Positions 47,882 to 57,572 of a stretch of DNA of 64,000 nucleotides are shown piece after piece. Each line of letters opens with the position of its first letter. The first letter of the stretch is position 1. The translations under genes were made by a program, and so were the position numbers. The stretch lies in the IMG/VR virus record IMGVR_UViG_3300037424_001446; one strand, written 5' to 3'. The stretch is from an uncultured virus (IMG/VR IMGVR_UViG_3300037424_001446). Lineage: Duplodnaviria; Heunggongvirae; Uroviricota; Caudoviricetes. The notes under the pieces are model-generated. The model was not told where the DNA came from. It ran no database searches and worked only from the letters and a program-made list of their open reading frames with translations.

Positions 47882-50800
47882 TCGAAATATCCGAAACTTT
47901 GCACAATATCTTGAACTATGGCAACCTCATCGGGAGCTTTGCCATTGTAAACAATCACTTCGAACTCTTCCAGGCACCCAAACCCGGATCTGGCGGTACA
48001 AAAGACCCGTTCAATAGGAATTTTCATTCCCAGGACGTAAGAATAATTTACCATCCCCTGGCCAAATTGGCCGGCAATGTGGGATCGCAGACTCCAGCTT
48101 TCCAGGAAGTTTTGGGTAAGATCCGCGATCCCCCCAACCGTAACCGGCAAGCGATCATCGAATCCTACGCCTCGATAAACAACCAATTCCTTTATGCCAG
48201 CCTGGCGGAATTGCTCTTGTGTTTGCTTATACATGGCTTTCAATACGGCCCGCATTGCCGCTTTCTCGCTTTTGTACTTCAGGTCTGGTGACAACCGGCC
48301 ATAAGCATCTGTAAACGGGGATACTAAATTGGGAGGCATATCCATAGAATTAGGCTTTCGGGCAATATCATCCATTTCCCGGCCAACGTTATCTAATTGG
48401 GTGCTTGCTTTTGCCAATCTATCGCCTACCGAAAATAACTCTTCCCGATCCTCAGCCGGCCAATCGTCAATATTAACATCCCGGTTTTTGTGAGATAGTT
48501 TTTCGTTACGATCATACAACACACCCATTTCGATTGTAAGGCGTTCCAAATCGCCTTTCAGGGTTTCATATCTGGCAATCTCTTCCGGATGGGATTTATT
48601 CCAATCTATAAATTCTTTCCTGGTTTCCGCAACCCCATCAAGTTTGTGTTTTTGCCAATCTGATAATTCCTGACCCATCAACTCAGCCCCTACGCTTTGA
48701 GCAAGCAACGAGGTATATTTTTCATCATTGGAACTACTCGACCAACTTTTAACCACGTTGCTTACCTGATCCGGAGTTAATCCGGTTTCGGCAGCTATCT
48801 TTTCGGCAATTTTGGCCTTTTGGGCCGGCGCCTCGGATTCTTCGAACACATCCATAAATTCATCCCCTGTTTTCTTTTCTTGCTCCCAAATTTCCTGAGT
48901 AGCGGCGCCAGGATTGCCGCTCACTAGCGCATTTCTAACAAAAAAATGCGGGCCGGGTCTATCCGGATCAACATGCTCAGACAAATACCAATTCATACTC
49001 TCAAAAGATTCGGTTGTTCTGCCTTTGAAAACCGGGCCGGCTGCCTTCCTCCATTTAGCCCAATTCCCATGGCTGGATTGATCGTGCTGGCCAGATAGAT
49101 GCTTCTCCCGCCTGGCCTGGCGGAAGCGTGGATTACGGATTCGAGCTGGATTGAGCTCTTTTTTCTCTTCCGAAGTTTCATCCAACCATTCATAATACTT
49201 GTTCAATATCTGACGCGGATCATACATCCGCTTCCCCCCGGAGGAAAGCGAATAATCCAGCTTACTAAGCAACCTCTTGGTATCAACGGGCCGCATTCCC
49301 AATTGTTTTAGAAACGCCTGAGCGCGGGATGATACGGCAAGAGGCCAGCCGTGAGTAATGAAATCTCTCATTCCGGTTGTAAGCGGATCTTGCGGCTTAT
49401 AGGCTATTTTACGATTGCGGAATAAATCCAGCGTAGCATTATGCTCCGCCTGAATTTTTACACTTTCCAGGGTCTTTTCAAAATCGGCATCCGCCAGGGC
49501 AGCCATGGAACGCGGCGGATCTGCGAACCATCCCAGCCCGGATTTTATTTTTGGTCCGAATCGATACTTGCTCTGATCCTCTTCAAAAATGGCATACTTG
49601 CCCTTTGTGAGCGGCATAGAGCCTTGCACGAACTGATAACGCCCATATTTCCCATCAATATATCCCAAATAATACCCAAACCCGCCCACAATGGGTTTGT
49701 TGGAATGATCGGCGTTTGGATCGGGCGGCTTAGTTGGATCTACTACTATTTTATGCTCAGCCGGCATCCAGGTTGGCAGAGGCGGAAGAAGCGTGGGCTC
49801 TGAGGGGTTTTTCGGAGCATCATTGAATAAATCTAACTGCCTGGGCGGGCCCCCGCCTCCCTTATCTGGCGCCCAATTGCCATGGGCAAGCTGATCGTGC
49901 CGGCCAGATAAATGCTTGAGCGCGCTAACTAAAGATCCTTTTAGCGATTTCAGCATGCTTGGATTTTCGGGGTCAAATGTGCCGATATTGGCCAGGGCTG
50001 ATTTCACCTGGCGCGGGTCGTAAATCAATATTTCTGATAGCCGCCATGGAACTGTCACTTCCCCGGTTTCGTCATCCCGATATCCGCTATATTCCAATAC
50101 CCCATCATAGCCGGCCTTCTTCAAAATGGCCGTAAATCTGGATGCCCCGATCTTCTTTACCAGATGCAGGAGAAATCCCCAATTATCTTTCCCAGCTCGT
50201 TTATCATTATATTTTGCTATGGCCTCCCCTTTTGTAAAGCCGGATGCCTCAACAATCCCGCCTTTGCCAATACTTTCTTTTTCCCAGGTCTTTACAACAT
50301 GCCATTTCGTGGCACCCTTTGTATCCTGAAATTGATCAGTAAATAAATAAAATTCGCTATCGCCCTCGTGGTAGCTGTGATAAATCTCTACGGGCTTCAG
50401 GGTTTCATCTAATTTCAGCTCTTCCGGGATCCCCTCCAATCCTTCCAGGGATTTCCTGAAATTGTAACTGTTAGTATATCCAGTAGAATTATCATCATAT
50501 ATTACAAAGGGCTTTTCAACCTTCAGATAAGCCGGGATGATTTTGTTTCCGAACTCATGGGCATAATCCGGATCTGGTGTGAAGTATGCCCCCTGGCCTA
50601 ACCAGCCCGAATCGGTTATCCCCCAGCCGCTTGTTTCAAATTCTGTGAACTCAGGGGCTTCCCATTCGCCGGCTTGCTCGGATCTCACGTAAGGATTATT
50701 GCTGTACTCCGGATGGGTTGGGGTGCCGTGATAAGCAACCAGGGGTTTTCCCTGATCATCTACCACTTTCGATTTTCCAAACCAGCGTTTGAAATTAGCC

Positions 50801-52170
50801 TCCCGCCGCGGGTCGCCTGCCGGCAGCTCACCCGCCTGGCCATGCGCCCAACTCCCGTGGCTGGCCTGATCGTGCTGGCCTTGAAGATGCTTCAGCGCGC
50901 CAGGCTGAGAGATATTTCCGATCGCTGTATCTACCTGGTTTAGAGCGGCTTCCAATTGCCGGATCTGGCTATACAATTCATCCATCCGGGAATCCGGATC
51001 GATTCCGGTCTTTCTTTTGAAAGCTGCTCGCGCCCGTTCTGTATAATAGCTTGGATGCATGCTCCGATCACCATGCCCCGTGATAGAAGAGCTCGCTTCC
51101 AGGCCGACTCCAACCTGCCCCAACAGCTTATATTCATCTATGGCTTTGGCCAGCCGGCTTTTCAACTCCCCGCGCCTGGCAATCCATTTTTCGATGGGAG
51201 GTTGCTCCCCGCCCGCGCCCGCCCGATTGCCGTGATCCGCCTGATCGTGCTGGCCAGGAAGATGTTTCAGCCTGGGCATGGCCATCTTTCGCATGATCGT
51301 TAGATAGCGATCCGAATGCCCCTCTTTATGCTCTTCCCGCCATTGCTGCTGCTGCTGAGCCCAAAGGCGCTGCATTTCCAGGTTTCGGATAACCCCTTCC
51401 GTGAAACGTTTGGTATCAGTATATTTATCAAAATCATCCGGGCTCATGGTGTATCGATGCCCGGATGTAATCAGATCCGCGGCCGCTTCAACCCAGGTTT
51501 TGAAGCCGGTATCACCCGAGAAACCATCCCGATCAAAATAGGTAGCCTGGGCAGGCGCATCCCGATATTTGGCGGAGGGATGGACCACGGCGCCCCGAAA
51601 CTCGCGACCTGAGCGGCCATTGGTCAATACAAAAGGATCATCCCCCTCCCCGCCAAATCTCTTGCGATAATATTCGATCATGGCATGGCCGGCAGCTTCC
51701 CCAATGGGATGCAAATCGTTCTTTAATAGGGTTTCAACTGATAACGGCTCTTTCGCATAAATCGTTTTCCGGTTAGGGCTGATCATATCGCCAGGATGAT
51801 CAGCACCCAGGATCCGCTTACCGCTCCAATAGGTATAATTCATGCCAGCCGCTTCCAGCTCACTATGGGGGGTCTTGCCCTCGGAAAGCCAAAAATGGGT
51901 AGGCGCCCGATGGAACAACCTGGCTAATTTGCGCTCTTCCGCGTTGGACCCATGCGCCCAATTGCCGTGGCTGGCCTGATCGTGCCTACCGTGCTTTTCG
52001 GTTGATGCCGGCTTTTCCAACTCAGGCAACGCGCTGAATGGCGCCGGCTTAGCGGTCAGGAAAAGCGGCTCCGGATAATCGCCGGGGGGGATATCGGTAA
52101 GAATGGGCGGGATTTTGTATAAATCCCGATCATCAATACCATCTGGAATAGGTAGTGGAAGTTTAGCCAT
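47878..52170 (-). CDS. Polyvalent protein with ART-PolyVal-like and R-S-E ART domains; 5 tag motifs
   Basis: NFKRWFGKSKVVDDQGKPLVAYHGT...GAYFT...GYDGV...QVKSA; C-terminal VYRGV/ESWS/EFEV. Confidence 0.88.
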   Translation of the reverse strand: MAKLPLPIPDGIDDRDLYKIPPILTDIPPGDYPEPLFLTAKPAPFSALPELEKPASTEKHGRHDQASHGNWAHGSNAEERKLARLFHRAPTHFWLSEGKTPHSELEAAGMNYTYWSGKRILGADHPGDMISPNRKTIYAKEPLSVETLLKNDLHPIGEAAGHAMIEYYRKRFGGEGDDPFVLTNGRSGREFRGAVVHPSAKYRDAPAQATYFDRDGFSGDTGFKTWVEAAADLITSGHRYTMSPDDFDKYTDTKRFTEGVIRNLEMQRLWAQQQQQWREEHKEGHSDRYLTIMRKMAMPRLKHLPGQHDQADHGNRAGAGGEQPPIEKWIARRGELKSRLAKAIDEYKLLGQVGVGLEASSSITGHGDRSMHPSYYTERARAAFKRKTGIDPDSRMDELYSQIRQLEAALNQVDTAIGNISQPGALKHLQGQHDQASHGSWAHGQAGELPAGDPRREANFKRWFGKSKVVDDQGKPLVAYHGTPTHPEYSNNPYVRSEQAGEWEAPEFTEFETSGWGITDSGWLGQGAYFTPDPDYAHEFGNKIIPAYLKVEKPFVIYDDNSTGYTNSYNFRKSLEGLEGIPEELKLDETLKPVEIYHSYHEGDSEFYLFTDQFQDTKGATKWHVVKTWEKESIGKGGIVEASGFTKGEAIAKYNDKRAGKDNWGFLLHLVKKIGASRFTAILKKAGYDGVLEYSGYRDDETGEVTVPWRLSEILIYDPRQVKSALANIGTFDPENPSMLKSLKGSLVSALKHLSGRHDQLAHGNWAPDKGGGGPPRQLDLFNDAPKNPSEPTLLPPLPTWMPAEHKIVVDPTKPPDPNADHSNKPIVGGFGYYLGYIDGKYGRYQFVQGSMPLTKGKYAIFEEDQSKYRFGPKIKSGLGWFADPPRSMAALADADFEKTLESVKIQAEHNATLDLFRNRKIAYKPQDPLTTGMRDFITHGWPLAVSSRAQAFLKQLGMRPVDTKRLLSKLDYSLSSGGKRMYDPRQILNKYYEWLDETSEEKKELNPARIRNPRFRQARREKHLSGQHDQSSHGNWAKWRKAAGPVFKGRTTESFESMNWYLSEHVDPDRPGPHFFVRNALVSGNPGAATQEIWEQEKKTGDEFMDVFEESEAPAQKAKIAEKIAAETGLTPDQVSNVVKSWSSSSNDEKYTSLLAQSVGAELMGQELSDWQKHKLDGVAETRKEFIDWNKSHPEEIARYETLKGDLERLTIEMGVLYDRNEKLSHKNRDVNIDDWPAEDREELFSVGDRLAKASTQLDNVGREMDDIARKPNSMDMPPNLVSPFTDAYGRLSPDLKYKSEKAAMRAVLKAMYKQTQEQFRQAGIKELVVYRGVGFDDRLPVTVGGIADLTQNFLESWSLRSHIAGQFGQGMVNYSYVLGMKIPIERVFCTARSGFGCLEEFEVIVYNGKAPDEVAIVQDIVQSFGYFE

Positions 52171-53828
52171 TAATAGATTACCTCCCGCGCGGCCTCGTGC
52201 TCTATCATGCGGGCCGGATCGATTTCCCAGGTATATTCCATGTGGTATTCAGGGTGATCATTGGTGAACTGCAGCCAAACCTCATGCCAGAAATTGGCGG
52301 AATATTCGCGCGGATTGATAATTCCCAGCTTGATCGCGTTGGATAAATTCTTGTTCGCGGTGAAATGGGATGCCGACAAATCGTTTTGAAATTTCAGGTT
52401 ATCCCCCAACTTGGTAATATCTATTCTGGATTCTCGGGGGTTGAAGCGCATGATATAAGTGCGCCCCCAGGGAGTAACGGCTCTGATTTCCTTGAACCGG
52501 GCGGCAAGGGCCGTAGTGATATCTTGCTGGCTAAAAGTTGATCCGGCTGTAAATGGATCATTTTCCGTAAAGCCTTCCGGAATAATGCTTTCTAAGGGCC
52601 TGGTTAATCCATGCGAACTGTGAGTAGTCAATAATTGAGGTTGAAAATTCCTGTAATACTCCCCAACAAGCGGATCCTTTAATAGCACATCCCGGCGCAA
52701 TTCTGGATTTGCAGGATGATTATGGATCAGGGTTAATTCATTCGCTTCTGAATATTCCCCATCGTTTTCGAAATGGGAATTGGTATATTTATAGATTGTT
52801 TCCATGGCAGCCCCGGTTATTTTGATGGTTTTGTTATCGCCATGGTCGCGATATTCGGTTTCACCTTTTGAGTTTAAGAGATACAGAATCTCATAAGGCT
52901 CTTTGTGAATTTCCCTTTCAATCTCCCGGATCCGCTTTTCCCTGGCATATTCACTTCCGCCAGAGCGCGCCCGGGCCCGCCGTTTGAAGTCGGCTGAGCT
53001 GGCCTCGAAGGGATGATAATTCCCATAAGGGCGGGTTTTGCTCAGCCGGCGCATAGTGCGTTTGGCAGCCCCAAAGCTCCCGTATCGATACCCATGGGAA
53101 AGCTGATCGTGCTTGCCGGCTAAATGTTTCAACTTGTGGCCCAAAAGAGCTTCCAGCTCACCCTGGATTGCTTCAAATTCCTTATATTGGTACTCGGGAA
53201 TCTCTCCCCCGATCATCGATTCGGGAATGATCAAAACCATATCCCGGATCTGAAGGGGCTTCCATAACCTGGCGCGCTCCAGGCAGGTTTGGCAATGCTC
53301 CGTTTTCACCTCTCGGGTAGCGTTCATCACCCAATAGCAATCATAATCCCCCAACTCTTCCGATAAAACCCGCACATCCCAGGCGCAAGCGCATAATTGG
53401 CCACATTGGGATGTGAGATCTCCGGGCATGGCCGGCAATGGCAGCATTTTTACCGCGCCCTTCCAATAAGGGGCGATTATCCCCCTGGCGTAGCTGGCAG
53501 CCCGCCGATACCATCCCTGCTGGAATTCCCCCTCGGATTGGATCACCAATCCAAAACCGCTCAAATAATCCAACTGAGCGTGAATGTAAGGGCTGATATT
53601 ATCACGATCCGTTTGGGTCAAAACGCCCGATTTCTGGCCAGCCATATAAGCCGCGGAATGGAATCGGGTAACCAGGCCGGCAATCTCTGTAAGCCACTCT
53701 TCCAGGGTCTTTCCGGCCTTCTCCAACTCTTCCACAAGGGTTAGGATTTGATCCGTAAAGGATTCGAGCAACCAGCGCAAATCTGGCGGATAACCCGAAT
53801 AATCGTAATCGGATACATTGGGCGGCAT
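52170..53828 (-). CDS. MuF-like minor head protein with C-terminal JAB/MPN-like domain; 1 tag motif
   Basis: Directly after the portal gene; Cys cluster PGD..SQC..LCAC and EHCQTC; C-terminal E...IHNHP...TFSQQDI. Confidence 0.75.
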   Translation of the reverse strand: MPPNVSDYDYSGYPPDLRWLLESFTDQILTLVEELEKAGKTLEEWLTEIAGLVTRFHSAAYMAGQKSGVLTQTDRDNISPYIHAQLDYLSGFGLVIQSEGEFQQGWYRRAASYARGIIAPYWKGAVKMLPLPAMPGDLTSQCGQLCACAWDVRVLSEELGDYDCYWVMNATREVKTEHCQTCLERARLWKPLQIRDMVLIIPESMIGGEIPEYQYKEFEAIQGELEALLGHKLKHLAGKHDQLSHGYRYGSFGAAKRTMRRLSKTRPYGNYHPFEASSADFKRRARARSGGSEYAREKRIREIEREIHKEPYEILYLLNSKGETEYRDHGDNKTIKITGAAMETIYKYTNSHFENDGEYSEANELTLIHNHPANPELRRDVLLKDPLVGEYYRNFQPQLLTTHSSHGLTRPLESIIPEGFTENDPFTAGSTFSQQDITTALAARFKEIRAVTPWGRTYIMRFNPRESRIDITKLGDNLKFQNDLSASHFTANKNLSNAIKLGIINPREYSANFWHEVWLQFTNDHPEYHMEYTWEIDPARMIEHEAAREVIY

Positions 53829-53831
53829 AGC

Positions 53832-55445
53832 TTACCTCATAAATTTTTCGTTGATCAGCTTTTCCATATTGCCCTGGATAGTCGCCTTGGCATACAGGTC
53901 CGCCGCTTTTTCATCTTCGGATAAAATCAAATCGGCAGTATCCGGAAGCAACTCAATCAATTTTACGCCCGGCTGATCGCTTGCTTCCTTGAGCCCAAAC
54001 GGGGTTTTTGGTTTGGCGCCATTACCGCCAGGCTCCGCGGCCGGCTGTTTCCCGGCTGCCGGCTTACCAGCCTGATCGCCCTCTGCCGGCTCTTCCTGGT
54101 TGGGCTCAGCCTGATCTTTGGCGGGAACGGCATCCGCATTCTCGCGCTCTTCATCCGGCTTTTCGTCATCCGAAAGGGACTCTTCCGGCGTTTGATCTTG
54201 AGGCAGGAAGGAACGTGGCAATTCATCTTTATCTACAAGTAGCTGTAATTCTTGCTCCGCCGTGGTTATTTGGGCCGTGATCCGAGTCTGTGCAACCCCA
54301 GCCAATGCCTGACTAACGTCCGCGGCAGCCTTCTTATCTCGCAAGTCGTTTTCGCTAAAGGCGAATTGGGTGCCGCGCCTGGGCATTACATATTCATTGA
54401 AGGCATGGGTGAATGCGCCCACCCAAAATACTAGGCCCTTCCCCTGCCCTTTTTCGTGCAATATCTGGCTTTGGGTGCCTGTTCCTAGTGCTGTACCGGA
54501 AAGCGGTTGGATATCTTGCGGATCCAATCCCAGGGCATCCGCATAGGTCAAGATGGATAGATCGAACTCTTCCTTACGATTGAACCCCTGGGGTATTTCG
54601 GCAAGGGGGATAGTAACTACCTGAGGCGGCTCCCCGGAGGGAACTCCCACGATCACGGCGCCCATATACGCGCTCACGCCGCGCGCCACTTCCTGGCTTT
54701 TGGCGGCTTCCACCGCGCCCTGAAGCTGGTTATCCAATATCCCATTTACAATATGGATCGCCAGGGGGCGCAACCCGGAAACTTTTTCGGTAAGAAATTT
54801 TTCGATCGATGCCAGCTTATAAATCGCCTGATAAGCTCGGGAAGCTGAGCACATCCCCACCCCATAAAATGTATCTCCCGGATCCGGCATATCAGCCAAA
54901 GCAAATACTTGATGATCTTTGAGCTCATGGATTCTTTCCTGGCGGTCGCGATACAGAACAGGGATTTTGGGATCCCCGGTCCTGGTGCAACGGTTGCTAT
55001 CCAGATGCCTTAATCCCACGATCTTTGAACCGTAAGCCTGGGTAGCGCGAACAATTTCCGTGAAAGCCCCGTTATCCGTGGTCAGGAAATCCCGAAGATG
55101 TTTGGCGAGGTAGCCGCTCGATCCAACCCGGCGTGTGTCGGCTGATAAAAACATTTTCTGATATTCGACCCGCCTGGCCGGCGAATCGGATATGATCTCC
55201 CAACTCTTGGAGGCGCCTTTCGTGATGGCAATCCCTACCGCGCTTGCCCACATGGCTTCATGGTGAATCGTGGCCCTCAAAATCACATCCCGCCTCAGGG
55301 TCCAATATGGAGGCAACTCCGGAGGCAGCTTAACTAGATGGGCGCCAATCCAGGTCAGGGGTACAACCAGGTGTAAAATATTTCCGTTTCGAACTACATT
55401 TACATCATCGCGGGTTACGGATCTAGTTATTAATTGATCGGTCAT
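53832..55445 (-). CDS. Portal protein
   Basis: Follows TerL; RDFLTTDNGAFTEIVR...LRHLD...FYGVG HK97-portal-like pattern. Confidence 0.85.
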   Translation of the reverse strand: MTDQLITRSVTRDDVNVVRNGNILHLVVPLTWIGAHLVKLPPELPPYWTLRRDVILRATIHHEAMWASAVGIAITKGASKSWEIISDSPARRVEYQKMFLSADTRRVGSSGYLAKHLRDFLTTDNGAFTEIVRATQAYGSKIVGLRHLDSNRCTRTGDPKIPVLYRDRQERIHELKDHQVFALADMPDPGDTFYGVGMCSASRAYQAIYKLASIEKFLTEKVSGLRPLAIHIVNGILDNQLQGAVEAAKSQEVARGVSAYMGAVIVGVPSGEPPQVVTIPLAEIPQGFNRKEEFDLSILTYADALGLDPQDIQPLSGTALGTGTQSQILHEKGQGKGLVFWVGAFTHAFNEYVMPRRGTQFAFSENDLRDKKAAADVSQALAGVAQTRITAQITTAEQELQLLVDKDELPRSFLPQDQTPEESLSDDEKPDEERENADAVPAKDQAEPNQEEPAEGDQAGKPAAGKQPAAEPGGNGAKPKTPFGLKEASDQPGVKLIELLPDTADLILSEDEKAADLYAKATIQGNMEKLINEKFMR

Positions 55446-55459
55446 AATGGCACACTCCC

Positions 55460-56968
55460 TTATAATTGCCAGTGGGCAGCTCTATCGCTGGCCATGCTGG
55501 CACAAACCGCCAGATCGATTTTTTTGGCATCGTTACGTTTAATAATTCGCATGGTCTTTTCATCTTCCGTTTTCGCATTGGCGTTTTTAATGTGGGCATC
55601 CAAATCCGGCTCACCCGAATGAAGTAAACGCCGCTCGCGGATCCGGTCATGCAGGGCCTTATCGGCAATCGCCCGGGCCTGGCCTTGCTGAAAGGGGAAG
55701 ATATGCACAATAAGATCTTGAGATAATTTCTTCGCCAGGCTGTAAAGCTGGTATGGATCATAAACGAACTCTACTATATTATAAGTGCTGATCAGCCGGC
55801 GAATCTCTCTTTCCACATCGTTCCAATCGATTTCCCCATGGGAAGGCGGGTACCAGGCGCGGGCATAGCGAGTATGGAAAACATCATTCCCGCCCGCTCC
55901 CGTAAGCATATACAGACCAAAGCAATCCCCCGTTATGGCGGCATCCGCGGCCAGGATGGCCGGCAGGTCGCGGGTTAATTCTGGTATCGCGGCCGGCTGT
56001 TTGCAGGCATCCCACCACTCCCCAGGCACAAAAACGCCCACGGAAGAGGTCCATTTATTTTGATGGATCCGTTGGAACTCTTCCGGGCGGAGGTCAATGG
56101 ATTCGGTTGCATAATATTCATGGGTTTGCCAGGGGGATCGTGGCTTATCGTTCCATAAAACGAAATGCCGGCTGCGAGGATCAGCATATACCGGCAAGGG
56201 CGGATCGAATTCATTGGCCCAGGGTAGTAGATTCTCGGGTTTTACCGTATCATCATACAGCTTTTCCAGTATTGGGGCCTCCCCACTATGGCCGGCGTAA
56301 GTTTCAACCCAGCGCATGGATTTACCATGCTTGGTGGGCGAAAGCGTCATTTCAGTCCACATCATTTCCGATGCTTTGGTATTGGCTGCCCACAACTCCG
56401 AGAAGATAATCAGGTCATCATTACCGCCCGCCTCCCCTTTTGGATCAATCGGAAGGGCTTCTATCCTGGCGTTATTGGGTAGGGTTATGGTGTATCCCGA
56501 TGGTTTCACCCTGGCAGCTTCTTTCATTTCGGGGTTTAACTCGATGCTCCGCCGCATATAGAACGAAACCCGGGAATCGGCCTGTTTAAGGTCGTTCGCT
56601 ACCACTTTTACGCTCCCCCAATCAATGTGCCATGCCATATACAATCCAACTGCCGCGGCAATCGTGGATTTTATAGATTTTTTGATATCAGACCAAACGA
56701 CCGTGGAATAAGGTAGATTGCCGGCAGAATCCCGGCTGAAGATGTGCCTGAGGCAGCGTTTTTGATATTCCTGCAGATAGATAGGGCCTTTGGTTTCTGG
56801 CGCGAAAAAATTGGTTTCAATCCAGTCGGATATATCTACAATGGCCAGCGAATCGGTAGCGGCATTTGGATCAATGCCCCTGATTAGCTCCCTCGCTAAA
56901 AACCGCTCTAAGGTCATTGGTAATGGCTGAGAGAATGGCTCTATCGGATACATTTTGCCTGATAACAT
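55460..56968 (-). CDS. terL: Terminase large subunit
   Basis: LQEYQ, IKKSIKST Walker A variant, IIFSE, ILAADAA, FVYDPYQ, KIDLAV; start uncertain. Confidence 0.9.
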   Translation of the reverse strand: MLSGKMYPIEPFSQPLPMTLERFLARELIRGIDPNAATDSLAIVDISDWIETNFFAPETKGPIYLQEYQKRCLRHIFSRDSAGNLPYSTVVWSDIKKSIKSTIAAAVGLYMAWHIDWGSVKVVANDLKQADSRVSFYMRRSIELNPEMKEAARVKPSGYTITLPNNARIEALPIDPKGEAGGNDDLIIFSELWAANTKASEMMWTEMTLSPTKHGKSMRWVETYAGHSGEAPILEKLYDDTVKPENLLPWANEFDPPLPVYADPRSRHFVLWNDKPRSPWQTHEYYATESIDLRPEEFQRIHQNKWTSSVGVFVPGEWWDACKQPAAIPELTRDLPAILAADAAITGDCFGLYMLTGAGGNDVFHTRYARAWYPPSHGEIDWNDVEREIRRLISTYNIVEFVYDPYQLYSLAKKLSQDLIVHIFPFQQGQARAIADKALHDRIRERRLLHSGEPDLDAHIKNANAKTEDEKTMRIIKRNDAKKIDLAVCASMASDRAAHWQL

Positions 56969-57527
56969 CGATCACGCGGGCGATCATAAGCAAGGCCCGT
57001 TCTGAAGTGATTGCCTGTTGCATGGCAATCAGCCGTTTTTCTTCTGATTCTACCAGTTTCCGGCGCATTTCCAGGTTGGAGATAACCTCCTGCCAGGCTA
57101 CATAATCATTATAGCCGGTCTGGATAATGGCTTCCAGCTCCGCCAGAGCATTCATATATCGCTTATTTCCGCCCGGGCTGGCAGCTTTCACAGATTTGAA
57201 CTTGACCAATACAGCCGGCCAGAGAGCCGTGGGGTTTTCCTTTTCGATCTGTTCCAAAAGGATCTGATTGCGAACATCAACCAGGCTGATATCTTCCCGG
57301 ATAGAAAGCAACTCCGGATCGCTCAGCGCGGCGTTATATCTTTGCGCCAGGTTGATCCCCAAAACTTTAGAATAGCGACCGTGCTTAAAGAGCGGGCTGG
57401 CTATCCCAGCCGGAGATAAGCCTCCGTGCAAGCGGCATTTGCCATTGGTCATGGCCCAGCTTCGGCATTTCTTACCGTCTTTCGTTTTGGCGCCACATCG
57501 TTTTGAAGTCATGGGGCCTGCAATCAT
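56871..57527 (-). CDS. Probable terminase small subunit with HGGxSTG-like domain
   Basis: CGAKT...CRLHGGLSP...KHGRYS; directly upstream of TerL. Confidence 0.75.
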   Translation of the reverse strand: MIAGPMTSKRCGAKTKDGKKCRSWAMTNGKCRLHGGLSPAGIASPLFKHGRYSKVLGINLAQRYNAALSDPELLSIREDISLVDVRNQILLEQIEKENPTALWPAVLVKFKSVKAASPGGNKRYMNALAELEAIIQTGYNDYVAWQEVISNLEMRRKLVESEEKRLIAMQQAITSERALLMIARVIDVIRQNVSDRAILSAITNDLRAVFSEGANQGH

Positions 57528-57570
57528 ATAGGGATACCGCGATCATATAGGGTATCCTCGGGGTATCCTC
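57523..57570. repeat. Short direct repeats upstream of TerS
   Basis: ATCATATAGGG twice and GGGTATCCTC twice. Confidence 0.8.
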
Positions 57571-57572
57571 TA

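Larger units (their letters stand above)
40248..53129 (-). repeat. 13 dispersed copies of the coding motif KHLxGxHDQxxHGxW
   Basis: 40248-40289, 40917-40961, 42207-42251, 44392-44436, 45289-45333, 46392-46436, 47714-47758, 49060-49104, 49873-49917, 50848-50892, 51223-51267, 51958-51996, 53088-53129. Confidence 0.97.

Noticed and set aside
47878..52170. Inteins or introns explaining the large head-region genes
   Set aside because: No C...HN/C splice motifs or homing endonuclease signatures seen.
40248..53129. Tag repeats as a CRISPR array or DGR template/variable repeats
   Set aside because: They are in-frame coding, irregularly spaced hundreds of bases apart and vary at codon level; no cas or reverse transcriptase gene is present.
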